Source: Macrostomum lignano
Taxonomy: Eukaryota
Direction of reading: 5' to 3'
DNA length: 64,000 nucleotides
Assembly: GCA_002269645.1 (NCBI GenBank)
Contig: NIVC01000118.1
Span: forward strand, 248,001-312,000
Shown here: in pieces, positions 26,989-42,326 of the stretch
Layout: every line of letters begins with the position of its first letter
Numbering within the stretch: the stretch's first letter is position 1
Program-made: the position numbers and the translations under genes
The notes under the pieces: model-generated
What the model saw: only the letters and a program-made list of their open reading frames with translations
What the model was told of the DNA's origin: nothing
The model's database searches: none

Positions 26989-27570
26989 CCAGTTCCCCAA
27001 TGTACACAGGCCATATCGATCCAGTTCCCCAATGTACACAGGCCATATCGATCCAGTTCCCCAATGTACACAGACCATATTGATCCAGATCCCCAATGTA
27101 CACAGGCCATATCGATCCAGTTCCCCAATGTACACAGGCCATATTGATCCTGTTCACCAATGTACACAGGCCATATTGATCCAGTTCTCCAATGTACACA
27201 GGCCAAATTGATCCAGTTCGCCAATGTACACAGGCCATATGGATATAGTTCGCCAATTTACACAGGCCATATTGATCCAGTTCGCCAATGTACACTGGCC
27301 ATATGGATCCAGTTCGCCAATGTACACAGGCCATATTGATCCAGTTCCCCAATGTACACAGGCCATATTGATCCAGTTCCCCAATGTACACAGGCCATAT
27401 TGATCCAGTTCCCCAATGTACACAGGCCATATGGATCCAGTTCGCCAATGTACACAGGCCATATGGATCCAGTTCGCCAATGTACACAGGCCATATGGAT
27501 CCAGTTCGCCAATGTACACAGGGCATATTGATCCAGTTCCCCAATGTACACAGGCCATATATTGAGCCAT
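26989..27570. repeat. 32-bp minisatellite (CCAGTTCSCCAATGTACACAGGCCATATYGAT)n
   Basis: Direct reading; source of the repetitive ORFs at 26895-27590. Confidence 0.95.
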
Positions 27571-28169
27571 CACCCATGAATGACAGTTAGCCTCACTCAG
27601 TCAATTAGTGAATTTTAGTCACAAAGTAGTACCACTCAATTGATGGGAAACATGAATTTGTAAAGAATTATATATTAATTAATTCATTGTATATATAATT
27701 ATATAGAATCAATACGCAAAGGGAGCATACAATGCTTAGTGAAAACTTTACAAAAAAGTGTTTATTGATTAACAAGCAGGTATGTGTCCGGCATACAACA
27801 CAAGTGTCAAGGGCGTGAGTGAATTTAAAAACGGCGAGTTTCAGGGGACGGACAGTTCATTAAATCAAACCAGTTGAGTTAATTCAACTCGATAAACAAA
27901 AACATATACGATAAACAATGTCCGGCAGTTTTTATACAATAAAATCGAAGAATTGCAGGACAAATCATAACGAAATCAGTAGCTATGTGGACGGTAGCAG
28001 AAATATATGAGCAAAAATTAGCTAATTAATAAACAACAAACCAAGTTGTTTTACTATTGGAGGGAATTTATTTAATTGCAGATGAAACTTTTGTATAGGT
28101 GGGAACAGGCGAATGAAAATATTTTTGCAAATAATTGAATTTAATCTAATTTTAATACACAAACAGTTA

Positions 28170-28750
28170 AAATTCAGTGTACATGGGGGTAGGGGATAGT
28201 TAAGATTCAGTGTACATGAGGGTAGGGGTTGGTTAAGATTCAGTGTACATGGGGTAGGGGTTGGTTAAGATTCAGTGTACATGGGGTAGGGGTTGGTTAA
28301 GATTGAGTGTACATTGGGTAGGGGTTGGTTAAGATTGAGTGAACATGGGGGTTGGTTAAGATTCAGTGTACATGGGGTAGGGGTTGGTTAAGATTGAGTG
28401 TACATTGGGTAGGGGTTGGTTAAGATTAAGTGTACATTGCGGTAGGGGTTGGTTAAGATTGAGTGTACATGAGGGTAGGGGTTGGTTAAGATTGAGTGTA
28501 CATAGGGGTAGGGTTTGGTTAAGATTGAGTGTACATTGGGGGTAGGGGGTTGGTTAAGATCGAGTGTACATTGGGTAGGGGTTGGTTAAGATTAAGTGTA
28601 CATTGGGTAGGGGTTGGTTAAGATTGAGTGTACATGGGGGTAGGGGTTGGTTAAGATTGAGTGTACATAGGGGTAGGGGTTGGTTAAGATTGAGTGTACA
28701 TTGGGGGTAGGGGGTTGGTTAAGATCGAGTGTACATAGGGGGTAGGGGTT
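28170..28750. repeat. ~33-bp G-rich minisatellite (GGTTGGTTAAGATTGAGTGTACATTGGGTAGG)n
   Basis: Direct reading. Confidence 0.95.
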
Positions 28751-29457
28751 TATATTGATATGTTTTAATTGCTCAAAACTAAATTCCCCTATTAGTTGAA
28801 CCAGACCAAGACCAAGAGTTCCCGTGGTCCCATGGAATGGTAAATGATCCTTCAGAATTATCCAAATGCTTTATAACGGCAGTTTAGTATGGCTTTGCAA
28901 AAGTGTATAAAAATAATAGAAAATGTAAGCCTAAATAAATTTCAGCTCGATTAAGAAATGTTGGGCGGAATTGCATCGCAGTTTCACCGAAACAAGCGCT
29001 ATAAAATTTAGCAAACTGAACTACTACTAAAAGTAACCAAGCGAAAAAATTTCTAAAAAAAATAATTAACCAACTGTGGAATGTGTTGCTGTTCCAGATA
29101 AATAATTGGCAGATAAATTTCAAGTAACTACATGTAGTTAAAATTAAACGCAACTACTAATGTAAGAATACAATTAGTAAACAGTTTAATATTTATACAT
29201 CAAGCTATAAAAACGATTAATTTATATTACTAAGCACAGCTTGGACCAGCAAGGAAGTATATATTTATATATATAAATTAACATTGTCAACGGGTATAAA
29301 GTTAGACCTAGACTAAAATTCAGGCAGATAACGCGTCAACTTCTACTTATAGTTCAGTAGATAATCATGAGCGGGAAAAATGAAGTAAATTGAATCCTGG
29401 ACATTTAAAATTCGAAGTCACTTTAAAATTATAAAATATTTTCAATTTTTCCGACGG

Positions 29458-32400
29458 CTAAGGCTTCCGATCCATGAGCACCCGACCTTCGCGGTCCTTG
29501 ATCCTAACTCGGCCAGAAGCGTACCTGGTCTCCTGTCTGCCGTCGGGATAAATTGTCTTCTTAGTACCGTCCGGGTACTCCCGACTGCGGTACTGCGGAG
29601 TGTGCACCTCCTTCTGACCATTGCGGAAGTAGATCTCCTTCAGGGGCGTCGGTCCGTTCACCAGGCGCAGCCGGGTGCCGTCAGGGAAAGCCGACACCTG
29701 CGGCAGGTAGAGGAGGTCGTAAATATCTTTATTTGTCATTGCCCCAGTCTATCAGCTCCATCACTGTCCCAGTCTCTTGACTCCATCACTGTCCCAGTCT
29801 CTCCGCTCCATCACTGTCCCAGTCTCTTGACTCCATCACTGTCCCAGTCTATCCGCTCCATCACTGTCCCAGTCTCTCCGCTCCATCACTGTCCCAGTCT
29901 CTCCGCTCCATCACTGTCCCAGTCTCTTGACTCCATCACTGTCCCAGTCTCTCCGCTCCATCACTGTCCCAGTCTCTCAGCTCCATCACTGTCCCAGTCT
30001 CTCAGCGACATCACTGTCCCAGTCTCTCGGCTACATCACTGTCTCAGTCTTTTGACTCCATCACTGTCCCAGTCTCTTGACTCCATCACTGTCCCAGTCT
30101 CTCCGCTCCATCACTGTCCCAGTCTCTCAGCTAAATCACTGTCCCAGTCTCTCCGCTCCATCACTGTCCCAGTCTCTCCGCTCCATCACTGTCCCAGTCT
30201 TTCAGCTCCATCACTGTCCCAGTCTCTCAGCAACATCACTGTCCCAGTCTCTCAGCTCCATCACTGTCCCAGTCTCTCGGCTACATCACTGTCTCAGTCT
30301 TTTGACTCCATCACTGTCCCAGTCTCTTGACTCCATCACTGTCCCAGTCTCTCCGCTCCATCACTGTCCTAGTCTCTCCGCTCCATCACTGTCCCAGTCT
30401 TTCAGCTCCATCACTGTCCCAGTCTCTCAGCTCCATCACTGTCCCAGTCTCTCCGCTCCATCACTGTCCCAGTCTCTCAGCTCCATCACTGTCCCAGTCT
30501 CTCAGCGACATCACTTTCCCAGTATCTCAGCTACATCACTGTCCCAGTCTCTCAGCTCCATCACTGTCCCAGTCTCTCAGCTACATACATTACTGTCTTA
30601 GCCTCTCCGCTCCATCTTCACTACCCGCAAGCGCAGCTCACCTCCTCCGTAGCGTCGGCGCTGACAGACTTGACCACCCCATCGGGAAACTGAATCTCCC
30701 TGGAGCCATCAGGCATCACGGTCTCGGACTGGCCGTTGGCGAACACTAACAACTGCCTGCCGTCGCTGTAAGTAGTATGTACGGTGCCCGTGTCGGCGTA
30801 TCGGTACACAACTCGACTGTCGCTGCCGGGGACGCCGCTATCGCCGCCAGAGTAGGCAGTCTTGACGTCGCCATTGAAATAATTGGTGGTCACGGTGGAG
30901 CCATCGGCTGAGATCAATTTCACGGTGCCGTTGGGAAAGTTCACACGGCGGCGACCGTCGGGGAACACCTGAAATTATTGATTTAGGGATCGATTAAGGA
31001 TTAACTGTGCTATCCGGAAGTAGAATCCTGCATTGAAATTCGACTAAGAATCTTTCACTTATTTTCACCAAGAAGAATCGCACTCGAAGCCCACACTGAG
31101 AATCGCCATTCAACCCCACTCTGAGAATCGCCCTCAAACCCCACACTGAGAATCGCCCTCAAACCCCACACTGAAAATCGCCCTGAAACCCCACACTGAG
31201 AATCGCCCTGAAACCCCACACTGAGAATCGCCCTCAAACCCCACACTGAGAATCGCCATTCAACCCCACTCTGAGAATCGCCCTCAAACCCCACACTGAG
31301 AATCGCCATTCAACCCCACACTGAGAATCGCCCTCAAACCCCACACTGAAAATCGCCCTGAAACCCCACACTGAGAATCGCCCTGAAACCCCACACTGAG
31401 AATCGCCCTGAAACCCCACACTGAGAATCGCCCTCAAACCCCACACTCAGAGGTCACAAACCTGCTCAATCCGACCATTTGGGTGCCGAGACTCAGTCAA
31501 CGGCATTTCTTCATCCTCGCGAACTTTCTGTTGCTGAAGCTGAAGCTGCGGTTGCTGCTGCTGCTGCTGTCGTTGCGTCAACATTGGTGGAGGAGGAGGA
31601 GGTGGCGGCGGTGGCGGCTGAGGCTGCTGTTGAGGCGGCGGTGAAGGCGCCGTCGGTGGAAGCGCCTGAACTGGCGCTGGCGCGGCCTTCAACGCCTTGA
31701 GCTGCAGGCGCTCCTTCTCCAGATTCTGCACCCGTTGTCTCAGCTCGGCCTTCTCAGCCTCCAAGCTCTCGGCCCGATCTCTCAGGCGAGCCAAATTGGC
31801 GGACCAGCGCGCCTCCTTCTGCGCGCATTCGTCTCGCAGTGCGGCCAACTCCTGGCGCAGGCGTTCGGACTCTTCGCGGCCCTCGCGCCCGGCGCCAGCC
31901 TTCAAAGCTTTGGCGTAGTCGTCCAGCAGGCGGCGCTCTTTGCGCAGCTTGCGCTGTTCGGCCTCGCGCTCGCGCTGCGTCGCCTCGGCTGCGGACCGGC
32001 GCTCCTCCTCCAGCTTGCGGCGCTCCGCCGCCAGGCCGGCCCGCTCCGACTCCAGCTCGCGTTTCAGCTTGGACAGCTGGGGGTTTATGGTCTGCGGGTT
32101 GGGGTTTATGGCTAGTGAATTGGGGGGTTTATGGTCTGCGGGTTGGGTTTTATGGCTAGTGAATTGGAGTTCATGGTTAGTAAACTGGGGGGTTGTGGTT
32201 AGTAAAGTGGGGGCTAGGGGGTTTATGATTAGTAAACTTTGGGTTTATGGCATGCGGCTGCGGGTTTAAGATTAGAGTAAACTCATTCTAACCTGAAATC
32301 GTTCAATTTCGGCCTCCAGCTCGCGCAGTTTCTCTCGCAGCACCGAGGTGGCCACAATGCTGTCCTGAGCAGCCGCGGTTGCCTGTTTGGCAGTTTTTGC

Positions 32401-34021
32401 CTGAGGAAAAATCATCAGACTGGCCGCTTCGGCGGCTGCGGCAGCGGCGGCGGCACTGGCGGCTGTCACGGCGTTGGTGGATGACGCGGGCGGCACCGGC
32501 GGCTGCTGGAAGAGTTGGCCGCCTCCTGGCAATAGGGATTGGTGGCAGCGGTGGGATAAAAAGACTCACTGGGCTCAAGAGTGGGTCTGCTACAGCAGGA
32601 GAGCTGCGGGCACCCTGACGCAACGCCTTCAGCGAAATCGTCCCGCCAATAGCGCTGAGACAATTCTGCCCATACACACGCTCTCAGAGGGTGTACAGCT
32701 GCCCTGACTTTCTAATCATCAGGCATGTACACATGCGCACGGAATCAAACCAGGGGTCGTGGCGCGAGTCAGATGCGCTTACTATTGTACCCCTGCTCAC
32801 ACTCTGCCCACCATGAGCTGAACCCTGCTCACACCCTGCCCACCATGAGCTGAACCCTGCTCACACCCTGCCCACCATGAGCTGAACCCTGCTCACACCC
32901 TGCCCACCATGAGCTGAACCCTGCTCACACCCTGCCCACCATGAGCTGAACCCTGCTCACACCCTGCCCACCATGAGCTGAACCCTGCTCACACCCTGCC
33001 CACCATGAGCTGAACCCTGCTCACACCCACCATGAGCTGAACCCCTCCCTACCCTCCATGAGCTGAACCCCTCCCTACCCTCCATGAGCTGAACCCTACC
33101 CACCATGAGATGAACCCACCCTACCCACCATGAGCTGAACCCTACCCACCATGAGCTGAACCTACCCACCATGAGCTGAACCCCTCGCTACCCTCCATGA
33201 GCTGAACCCCTCGCTACCCTCCATGAGCTGAACCCCTCGCTACCCACCATGAGCTGAACCCTACCCACCATGAGCTGAACCCTACCCACCATGAGCTGAA
33301 CCCTACCCACCATGAGCTGAACCCTACCCACCATGAGCTGAACCCTACCCACCATGAGCTGAACCCCTCGCTACCCTCGATGAGCTGAACCCCTCGCTAC
33401 CCTCCATGAGCTGAACCCCTCGCTACCCACCATGAGCTGAACCCTACCCACCATGAGCTCCGGAAGCCGCAGCGGGCGGATCCAGCAGGCTGCAGGTTGG
33501 CGTGGCCTCGCTATCAACCGTGGCCGAATTTGCCGCAGGCGGCAGACCAGCGCCGCCGCCCCATTCTTCGCTGTCGTGAAACTCGTGACGCCGAGTGCCC
33601 AGCTGTTGTTGTTGGTGCTGCTGCTGCATCAGCTGATGCTGAGCCGAGGCCCGACCGGAGTCGCTTTGCGAAGCAGCCGACGAGTTGTGGCCGCTGAATT
33701 CGCGCATGGAATCGGCCAGACGCTCTTCGTCATCATCGGACACGCTCGGTATGTCGTCTTCGTCCGTGCCAGGATAAATCAATTGCTGCTGCTGCTGCTG
33801 CTGAGCCCGGCGCTGCTCAGACTCTCTCAACCGGTTAGTCACGTGACGCTTCACCGTGGCCTTGTCTAGCAATGCCAGAGCGGAGAACTGCGACACCACC
33901 GAGTTATCTGCCGCAGCTTCGAGTAGTTCAAATTCTTCCAGATCGTCGCGCGTGTCCGAGCAGGCCGTGGGCGCCCTGGCCGGCTCGCCGTCGTCGCGAT
34001 CTTCAAAGCAAGGCGGCCTCT

Positions 34022-34055
<34 letters not shown>

Positions 34056-34820
34056 TCGGTTAATCAGTTGGGTAAGCATCAATTGCTGTTGCTGCTGGTG
34101 CTGGCCCTGGAAATTTGCCGCAGTCTGAGCTCGAATTGATGTTGCTCCGCCTGCGGCAGGTCTCACAGTTGTCGTTGCTGCCGAAACTTTTGGCGGAGTC
34201 TTCGATGCGCCAACTGGAGCCGTTGAAGAGGCCACTTGTTGAGCCTGTTTCTGCTTTGCCGGCGGCTTCTTTGGGTTTCTGGCTAGGCCGCCTTTGTTGA
34301 ACCGGCTGATGCCCTCGCCACGGCGCAGGAACCGGAACTTCGGCTTGGCGCCGCCGCCGCCGCCTCCCGCTGGTTGCTTCTGGCGCTGCTGCTGACCGCC
34401 ACCGCCGCCGCCGCCTCCAACTTTCCCGCGACTGTTCAGCGTCTCTTCAAGGAGGTCCTCGAATGGCCGATCCGGACAGCCGGCCAGAGGAATTTCGTCG
34501 TTGCCAACGCCGCCGTTGTGGCTGCTGCGCAGGTCCGTAGCCGACGAGGCGCTGGTGCCGCCAGCCGGCTGCAACAGGTTCTCCTTGTCAGAGTCTCGGC
34601 GAGATCCTTCGTCGAATCCATCGTCAACAGGTTCGGAGCCTTCGGCCGCGGCAACCTCGTTAATAATGCTCTTGCCGCTGACATGGTTGTCGTTGGCGTC
34701 GTATTGATCGTCGAACAGGGCCTCGTCATCGTCAGGCAGGTAGTTCAACACGACGCCAGCTCGCTGCACCCAGGAACGGCTGCTGGGAGCGAAGCAATTG
34801 CTCTCCTGACTGCGCAGCAT
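29458..34820 (-). CDS. CENPJ: Centromere protein J / SAS-4 / CPAP (centriole assembly)
   Basis: Large exon ~34810-33450 with [16 protein letters not shown] and [12 protein letters not shown] (tubulin-binding region); exon ending 32293 ([16 protein letters not shown]); coiled-coil exon 32076-31462; G-box/TCP10 exons 30968-30642 and 29697-29458 ([31 protein letters not shown]). True start codon and micro-exons near 32570-32606 and 34866-34900 are uncertain. Confidence 0.9.
29740..30590. repeat. 25-bp minisatellite (CTCCATCACTGTCCCAGTCTCTCAG)n in CENPJ intron
   Basis: Direct reading. Confidence 0.95.
31090..31447. repeat. 25-bp minisatellite (CTGAGAATCGCCCTCAAACCCCACA)n in CENPJ intron
   Basis: Direct reading. 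Confidence 0.95.
32795..33458. repeat. Composite minisatellite on a CCATGAGCTGAACCC core (32-, 27- and 21-bp units) in CENPJ intron
   Basis: Direct reading; unit length changes along the array. Confidence 0.92.
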
Positions 34821-34947
34821 AGGGCGAGTCGGAGGTTCAGCAATTTGAGCAAATAAGACACTCACTGGAGCACACGCCTGCGAATAACTATAAGTGAGCT
34901 CTGCAAATAGCAGCAATGCAACCGAAGCTCGCTTGCAGCTAGGGCTC

Positions 34948-35355
34948 GGGATTAGCGTTGCTAAAAGGAGATGGGGAGGGATTAGCGTTGCTAAAAGGAG
35001 ATGGGGAGGGATTAGCGTGGCTAAAATGAGATGGGGAGGGATTAGCGTGGCTAAAAGGAGATGGGGAGGGATTAGCGTGGCTAAAAGGAGATGGGGAGGG
35101 ATTAGCGTGGCTAAAAGGAGATGGGGAGGGATTAGCGTGGATAAAAGGGGGTGGGAAGGGATTAGCGTGGCTAAAAGGAGATGGGGAGGGATTAGCGTGG
35201 ATAAAAGGGGGTGGGAAAGGATTAGCGTGGCTAAAAGGAGATGGGGAGGGATTAGCGTGGATAAAAGGGGGTGGGAAGGGATTAGCGTAGATAAAAGGGG
35301 GTGGGAAGGGATTAGCGTGGATAAAAGGGGGTGGGGAGGGATTAGCGTGGCTAAC
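34948..35355. repeat. 30-bp minisatellite (GGGATTAGCGTGGCTAAAAGGAGATGGGGA)n
   Basis: Direct reading. Confidence 0.95.
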
Positions 35356-35753
35356 CTATCGGGCTACGCTAACCTTTACTAAACGTATTCTACATATGCT
35401 AATACAAGTAGTAGTAAACTAAAAAACAGATGCAAGCACATAACAAAGAGCGAATCAATATTAGCCATTGTTGAAGCAAATTTTATTTGCTGTTTTATGA
35501 CCGGTTTGAAACTGCTATATACCGACTCTATGAAGATTTAATTACCATTTACTAGTAACTTACAAATAATACATAAATATATAAAATTTGCATAGAGTTT
35601 GCTTTTGTATTACTTAGTTAATATTAATATAATCATCATCCAAACTGAAGGTGACAAACAATAAACGATGCAGTCACGACACATCAGGCGGCAAGCTGGT
35701 CTGCCGATATGTATCGATAATACATATAACTACAAGAAAACATAAGTAAGCTG

Positions 35754-37620
<1,867 letters not shown>

Positions 37621-38744
37621 TTAGCACTGATAGATAGAATAGTCCACAATCTCACAAACTGTCACTCTGGCATCAGTGTCAAGCAATTCCTAAATTTGCC
37701 AATGCTATTGCTGATGACATTGATGACATTCACAACAGATGGTAGACTATATGTGGAGAAGCCTCAAGACAATGTTGATGATTAACTTTTGACTGTTCTT
37801 TCCTTGGCTTTCATGTTGCAGAGGTTTTTTTGATTTGTTGGATGTTTTTTTGTTTTGTGCATTTGGTACAAAGCTTTTGTTTATGGCAATTTGGCCTTTT
37901 GAAAAAAATTAATAAAAATTATATTGAACCTTTCAGAAACACTTTTTACCACTATGTCTAATGCTATATATGTATTGCTAGAATTTATTTGGTTAATTCA
38001 GAATTTATCATATAGACTTTATTGCCAACATTATGCTCATATATTATTTTTTCATTGTCATATATTTAGTTGTTTAAAAGAATCTATTTCATTTCAGCAT
38101 TAGCTAATTTTGGCAACAGAGCCTTTCAGTAACAACAATTTTGGTGACAGATTAAGATTGACCTCGAAATTAAAGTTGAAAAATTGAATTTATAAAAATT
38201 GATGTAAAATATTTTATATCTTATTTAAAGAAACAAAAAAGCAATTGATAAATTTTTAAATCTAAGTAATCAATTAAGCTTTTTAAAAGACAAACAAAAA
38301 TAAATTTTCAAAAAACAATAAGTCTAATACTCTAGAAATAGATCATAGCCAAGTATTAGAAAATTGCATTATAGAAATTATGTATACTAATACCAAAAAT
38401 ATTAACAACTTTGTTAGACCTATTTCTAGACCAATTTTCAAAAGGCATCTTTAAGCTTAGAAAAAATAGGTCTATACAATTTAAAAATATTTTTATTAAC
38501 TTTTAAATTGTGAAGGCCTAAAGTCTTAAATATATATTAATTTGAATGCCGATGAATGTATACTAAGCCTATACCCAAATATATTATAAATGCCAAAAAA
38601 TTTTATATAGGCATCTTTGAAACAATAAGCCAAACATACTATTATATAAATAAAAATGACATCAGATATTCTTTTAGGCAAAAGTTTCTTTTATAAAATT
38701 AACTAATATTCTATAATAAAAATTACATAATAGTGGGAGCATAA

Positions 38745-39345
38745 GACTTTCCTATAAGTTTTTGCCTTGAGGTTTGCCCACTCAAGGTTTTCCTATAGCA
38801 AGGTTTTCTTGTGGAAGGTTTTCTCATGCAAGTTCTTCCTGCTAGAGATTTTCCTAGCAAGCTTTTCTCATTGACATTTAGATTTCCCTGTAGCAAAGTT
38901 TTCCAACTAGAGTTTTCCCATTGGGATTTTCTTATAGGTTTTTTCAAATTAAATTTCAATTCAAATCTAGTCTATAGACAATGCTAGATTAGATTAGACT
39001 AGACTAGACTATAGACTAGGCTAAACTAGACTAGATATAAACTAGACTAAACTAGACTAGATATAAACTAGACTAGATTAAAAACTAAACTAGATTAGAC
39101 TTAGACTAGACTAGATTTCAAATCCAATTGAATTTTGACTTAAAATTCCAATTGAAAAAAACCCTAGAAAACCTTAGTGGGAAAAACCATTGCATGAAAA
39201 CTTTATTGAAAAAAATATTGGTAAAGAAATCTCTGTGAGAAAGATAGGCTAGAAAACTTCAAGTAAAAAAACATTATTGCAGGAAAACCTTGCTTAGGAA
39301 AACCTTGTTATAGGAAAAGCTTATACAAGGATATTCTCATTGACC
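38745..39345. repeat. Loose inverted repeat of AAGGTTTTCC-type subunits around a (CTAGA)n core
   Basis: AAGGTTTTC(C/T) units on the left, GGAAAACCTT units on the right, (CTAGA)n at ~38965-39115. Confidence 0.5.
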
Positions 39346-40255
39346 CACAATAGCATATCTTAGAAATATACTAATAATGACTTCTCTGGGTATTTTATTG
39401 ATTTCATATTAAATTATTTTTGATTTAATAAGAAGTATAATAAGTTGCAATCTAATAGTCTAATAGGCTATAATCAAGAAAGTAATATATCATATGCAAA
39501 AATGTTAGATGATCTATAAATTTTCTATATATTGTTTGTATAAGATTAAAATATTTTTTGTAATGACACTTTGGTGATAAACAAGTCATTTTGCTAATAA
39601 AATAAGACTTTTGGCTAGTGATAGTCATTTTAGTTTAGAAAGAAAATTATTTTAAATTATAAAACTTGAAAGTTTCTAGTTTTTTTAAGGTTTACTAAAA
39701 TAATTAAGACTAAGCAGCAATTCATTTACCTTTGATCATTTACTATAATGAAAATTTCTAATGTATTATATAAATTTGTATGTTTTCTATAAGAATATAA
39801 CCAATAAATATTTTTATGCTTTTCTTATTGTATATTGCATAAAGATACTCTAAATATAGGTTGTCTAGACTGAATACTTTGTCTTGGCCTAAGACAAATT
39901 CAAAACAATCTATACAAAATGTTAGCAGTGTTAGTTGTAAATTTTTTGTCCAATGAAATTTTGTTTGAAATAGTAGGCCAATAAATAGTTTTTTAAATAA
40001 ATATTTCATCCTTAGTTTCAATCATCCTAAGAGACTTACTGAACCTTTAAATGGAATTTTTCAAATTATGAAATGTAAATATTAATACAATAACTAAGCC
40101 AAAACTAGGCCAAATCATTGATGTAAATGTTAAATTAGGCCTATAAAATGCCTATCATTTATCATTACCTTGAATTGAAATGATGGCAATTATTGATAAA
40201 ATGTAAATATTGCAAGTATGTTGCCTAGTACTATGTAAATAGTATTATACCTAAA

Positions 40256-41237
40256 CAGTGATAGGCACCACTAAATTTATTTTTAGCGCCGCTAATTAGC
40301 ACTGTTGCTAACTAATAGAAGACAAAAATTAGCGATTGCTAATAGCGGGCGCTATTTCTACTTTGAATTTAGTGCAATTGGTGCTGCTAATTTTGAAATG
40401 CGCTAATTAATAAATATATTTAAAATAAACTGCCATTTCACATGTATTTATGCATTTTTGCATATTTTTAATTTACACATTTTAAATGAATAAGCTAATA
40501 ATGCTATTGCTAATAATTTGTTTTTATTATCAATCCTAATAAAAAATCTTCAAGCCACTGAACTGTCAGAGCAACAGTTGATACAAAGAGTTCCTAAATT
40601 ATAGCTGTTTGCCTTGAAGAACATTAAGGGCCCTTGCTACTAGGGCCATGACCTTCTTATACTCAAGAAGGAAAGCAAGATCATCAGCTTGAAATGGTGG
40701 TAAAGGATTTATTAACCCAACTATCACCCTGTTGATATAGCCTGTTGCTTTGCATTAGCACTTAGAATATCAATTGAGTTGAATGTTGAATTCTTTGATT
40801 AAATTATTAAATTAAATTAAATTAATCAATAACTTTTTGCTAACAAATTAAAAGTAGTAAGAAAACTTTTAAAACTCAATGAAAAAACAAGATTTATTGT
40901 TAATAATGAAAGCGAAAAAAAGAAATTCAAATTTTGTTTCATATTTCTAAGAAAATTAGAAACATTTTAGAGATTTAGGCCTTTATATAGGTGGGATTAC
41001 ATAATATTTAACTTATTACTCAAATAGGGTCTCATTTTAAGTATTAAACAGTCATTAACCATCTAGTTTATAGCAAAAAATAAATTTAGCGCAATTAGCA
41101 ATTTTCAGAAAATATTAGTTGGCACTTTGATAGCGTGTGCTAATTGGAATTTCAATTTAGCAGAATTAGTAGCGCTAACAAAATTTTAGCGGCACTTTAG
41201 CAGAATTCAAATTTAGCAGCACTAGTGCCCATCACTA
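40256..41237 (+). mobile_element. Non-autonomous hAT-type DNA transposon (982 bp)
   Basis: Ends CAGTGATAGGCAC / (reverse complement) TAGTGATGGGCAC; 8-bp TSD TACCTAAA / TGCCTAAA (7 of 8 identical). Confidence 0.8.
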
Positions 41238-41373
41238 TGCCTAAATGATCATTACTAGGCCTAGGCCTAACCAAAAATTCTCATTTGTACAAAGTGTATT
41301 TATTATAGAAAGCAACTTGCTATAGAAATCAAGAAATGTCTGTCCCCAAAACAAATTGACCCCAAAAAACCTG

Positions 41374-42326
41374 GGCATTCCTTTGGTTTACGATCATTTT
41401 TCCACCCACATTTCGGTTCACCATCCCCATGTAATTTTTCATATAAATGATCATAGCTTGCTTGAAATAAACAAAAATTGTTAAACTGAGCTTATTCGTT
41501 ACATTAAAAAAAAACTGAACGGAATAGCTGACAAATGGTTTCTTTCATGGCATGGCGATGACGAGGATCCTATTTATCCACTTCGGTTTATGATCATTTA
41601 AATGGAAGCAATACATGTAAATGATTGTGAACCGAAGCTAGCATATGTGTGTAAGGGGGTTTTGGTGTTTTACAAGCTCTATCTGAAATCGATCACTATC
41701 TCAATACATGGCTAGCTTCGGTTCACGATCATTTACATGTATTTCTTCCATTTAAATGATTGTGTTCCGAAGCTGAGGGGGGGTGTCGAAGACATATGTA
41801 GTCATATATTTATTTGGTGGCTTGTTGGCGATTGAAATGTCATCTTGATGCTTTATTATTCTCTGCACGCTGCCACCCCCCCCCTCAGCTTCAGTTTACG
41901 ATCATTCAGATGTAAGCAATACATGTCAATGATCGTGAACCGAAGCTAGCCATGTATTGAGATAGTGATCGATTTCAGATAGAGCTTATAAAACACCAAA
42001 AACCCTCTTACACACATACACTAGCTTCCGTTCACAATCATTTACATGTATCTCTTCCATTTAAATGATCGTAAACCGAAGTGGATATAGGATCATCTTT
42101 GGATTCTTGGAACTATAAAATGGATCACTATAGGCCTAACCCCTTTATCTTCTTGTTTCATTTGAACATGCAGCTAGTGTTATGATGGATAAATAAAAAG
42201 GATTGGAGTGCTTGTCTACACAGTTTTTTTTTGCATTTTGATGAAATAAACAACAATTTTGTATCTTCCCTATCTCTCTAATGGGGATCGTCACTAATTT
42301 CAATGATTGTAAACCGAAGGAATGCC
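41374..42326. mobile_element. Foldback element with nested inverted arms
   Basis: Outer arms 41374-41398 / 42302-42326; inner ~210-bp arms 41566-41780 / 41874-42094; repeated TTCGGTTYACGATCATT motif. Confidence 0.75.
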
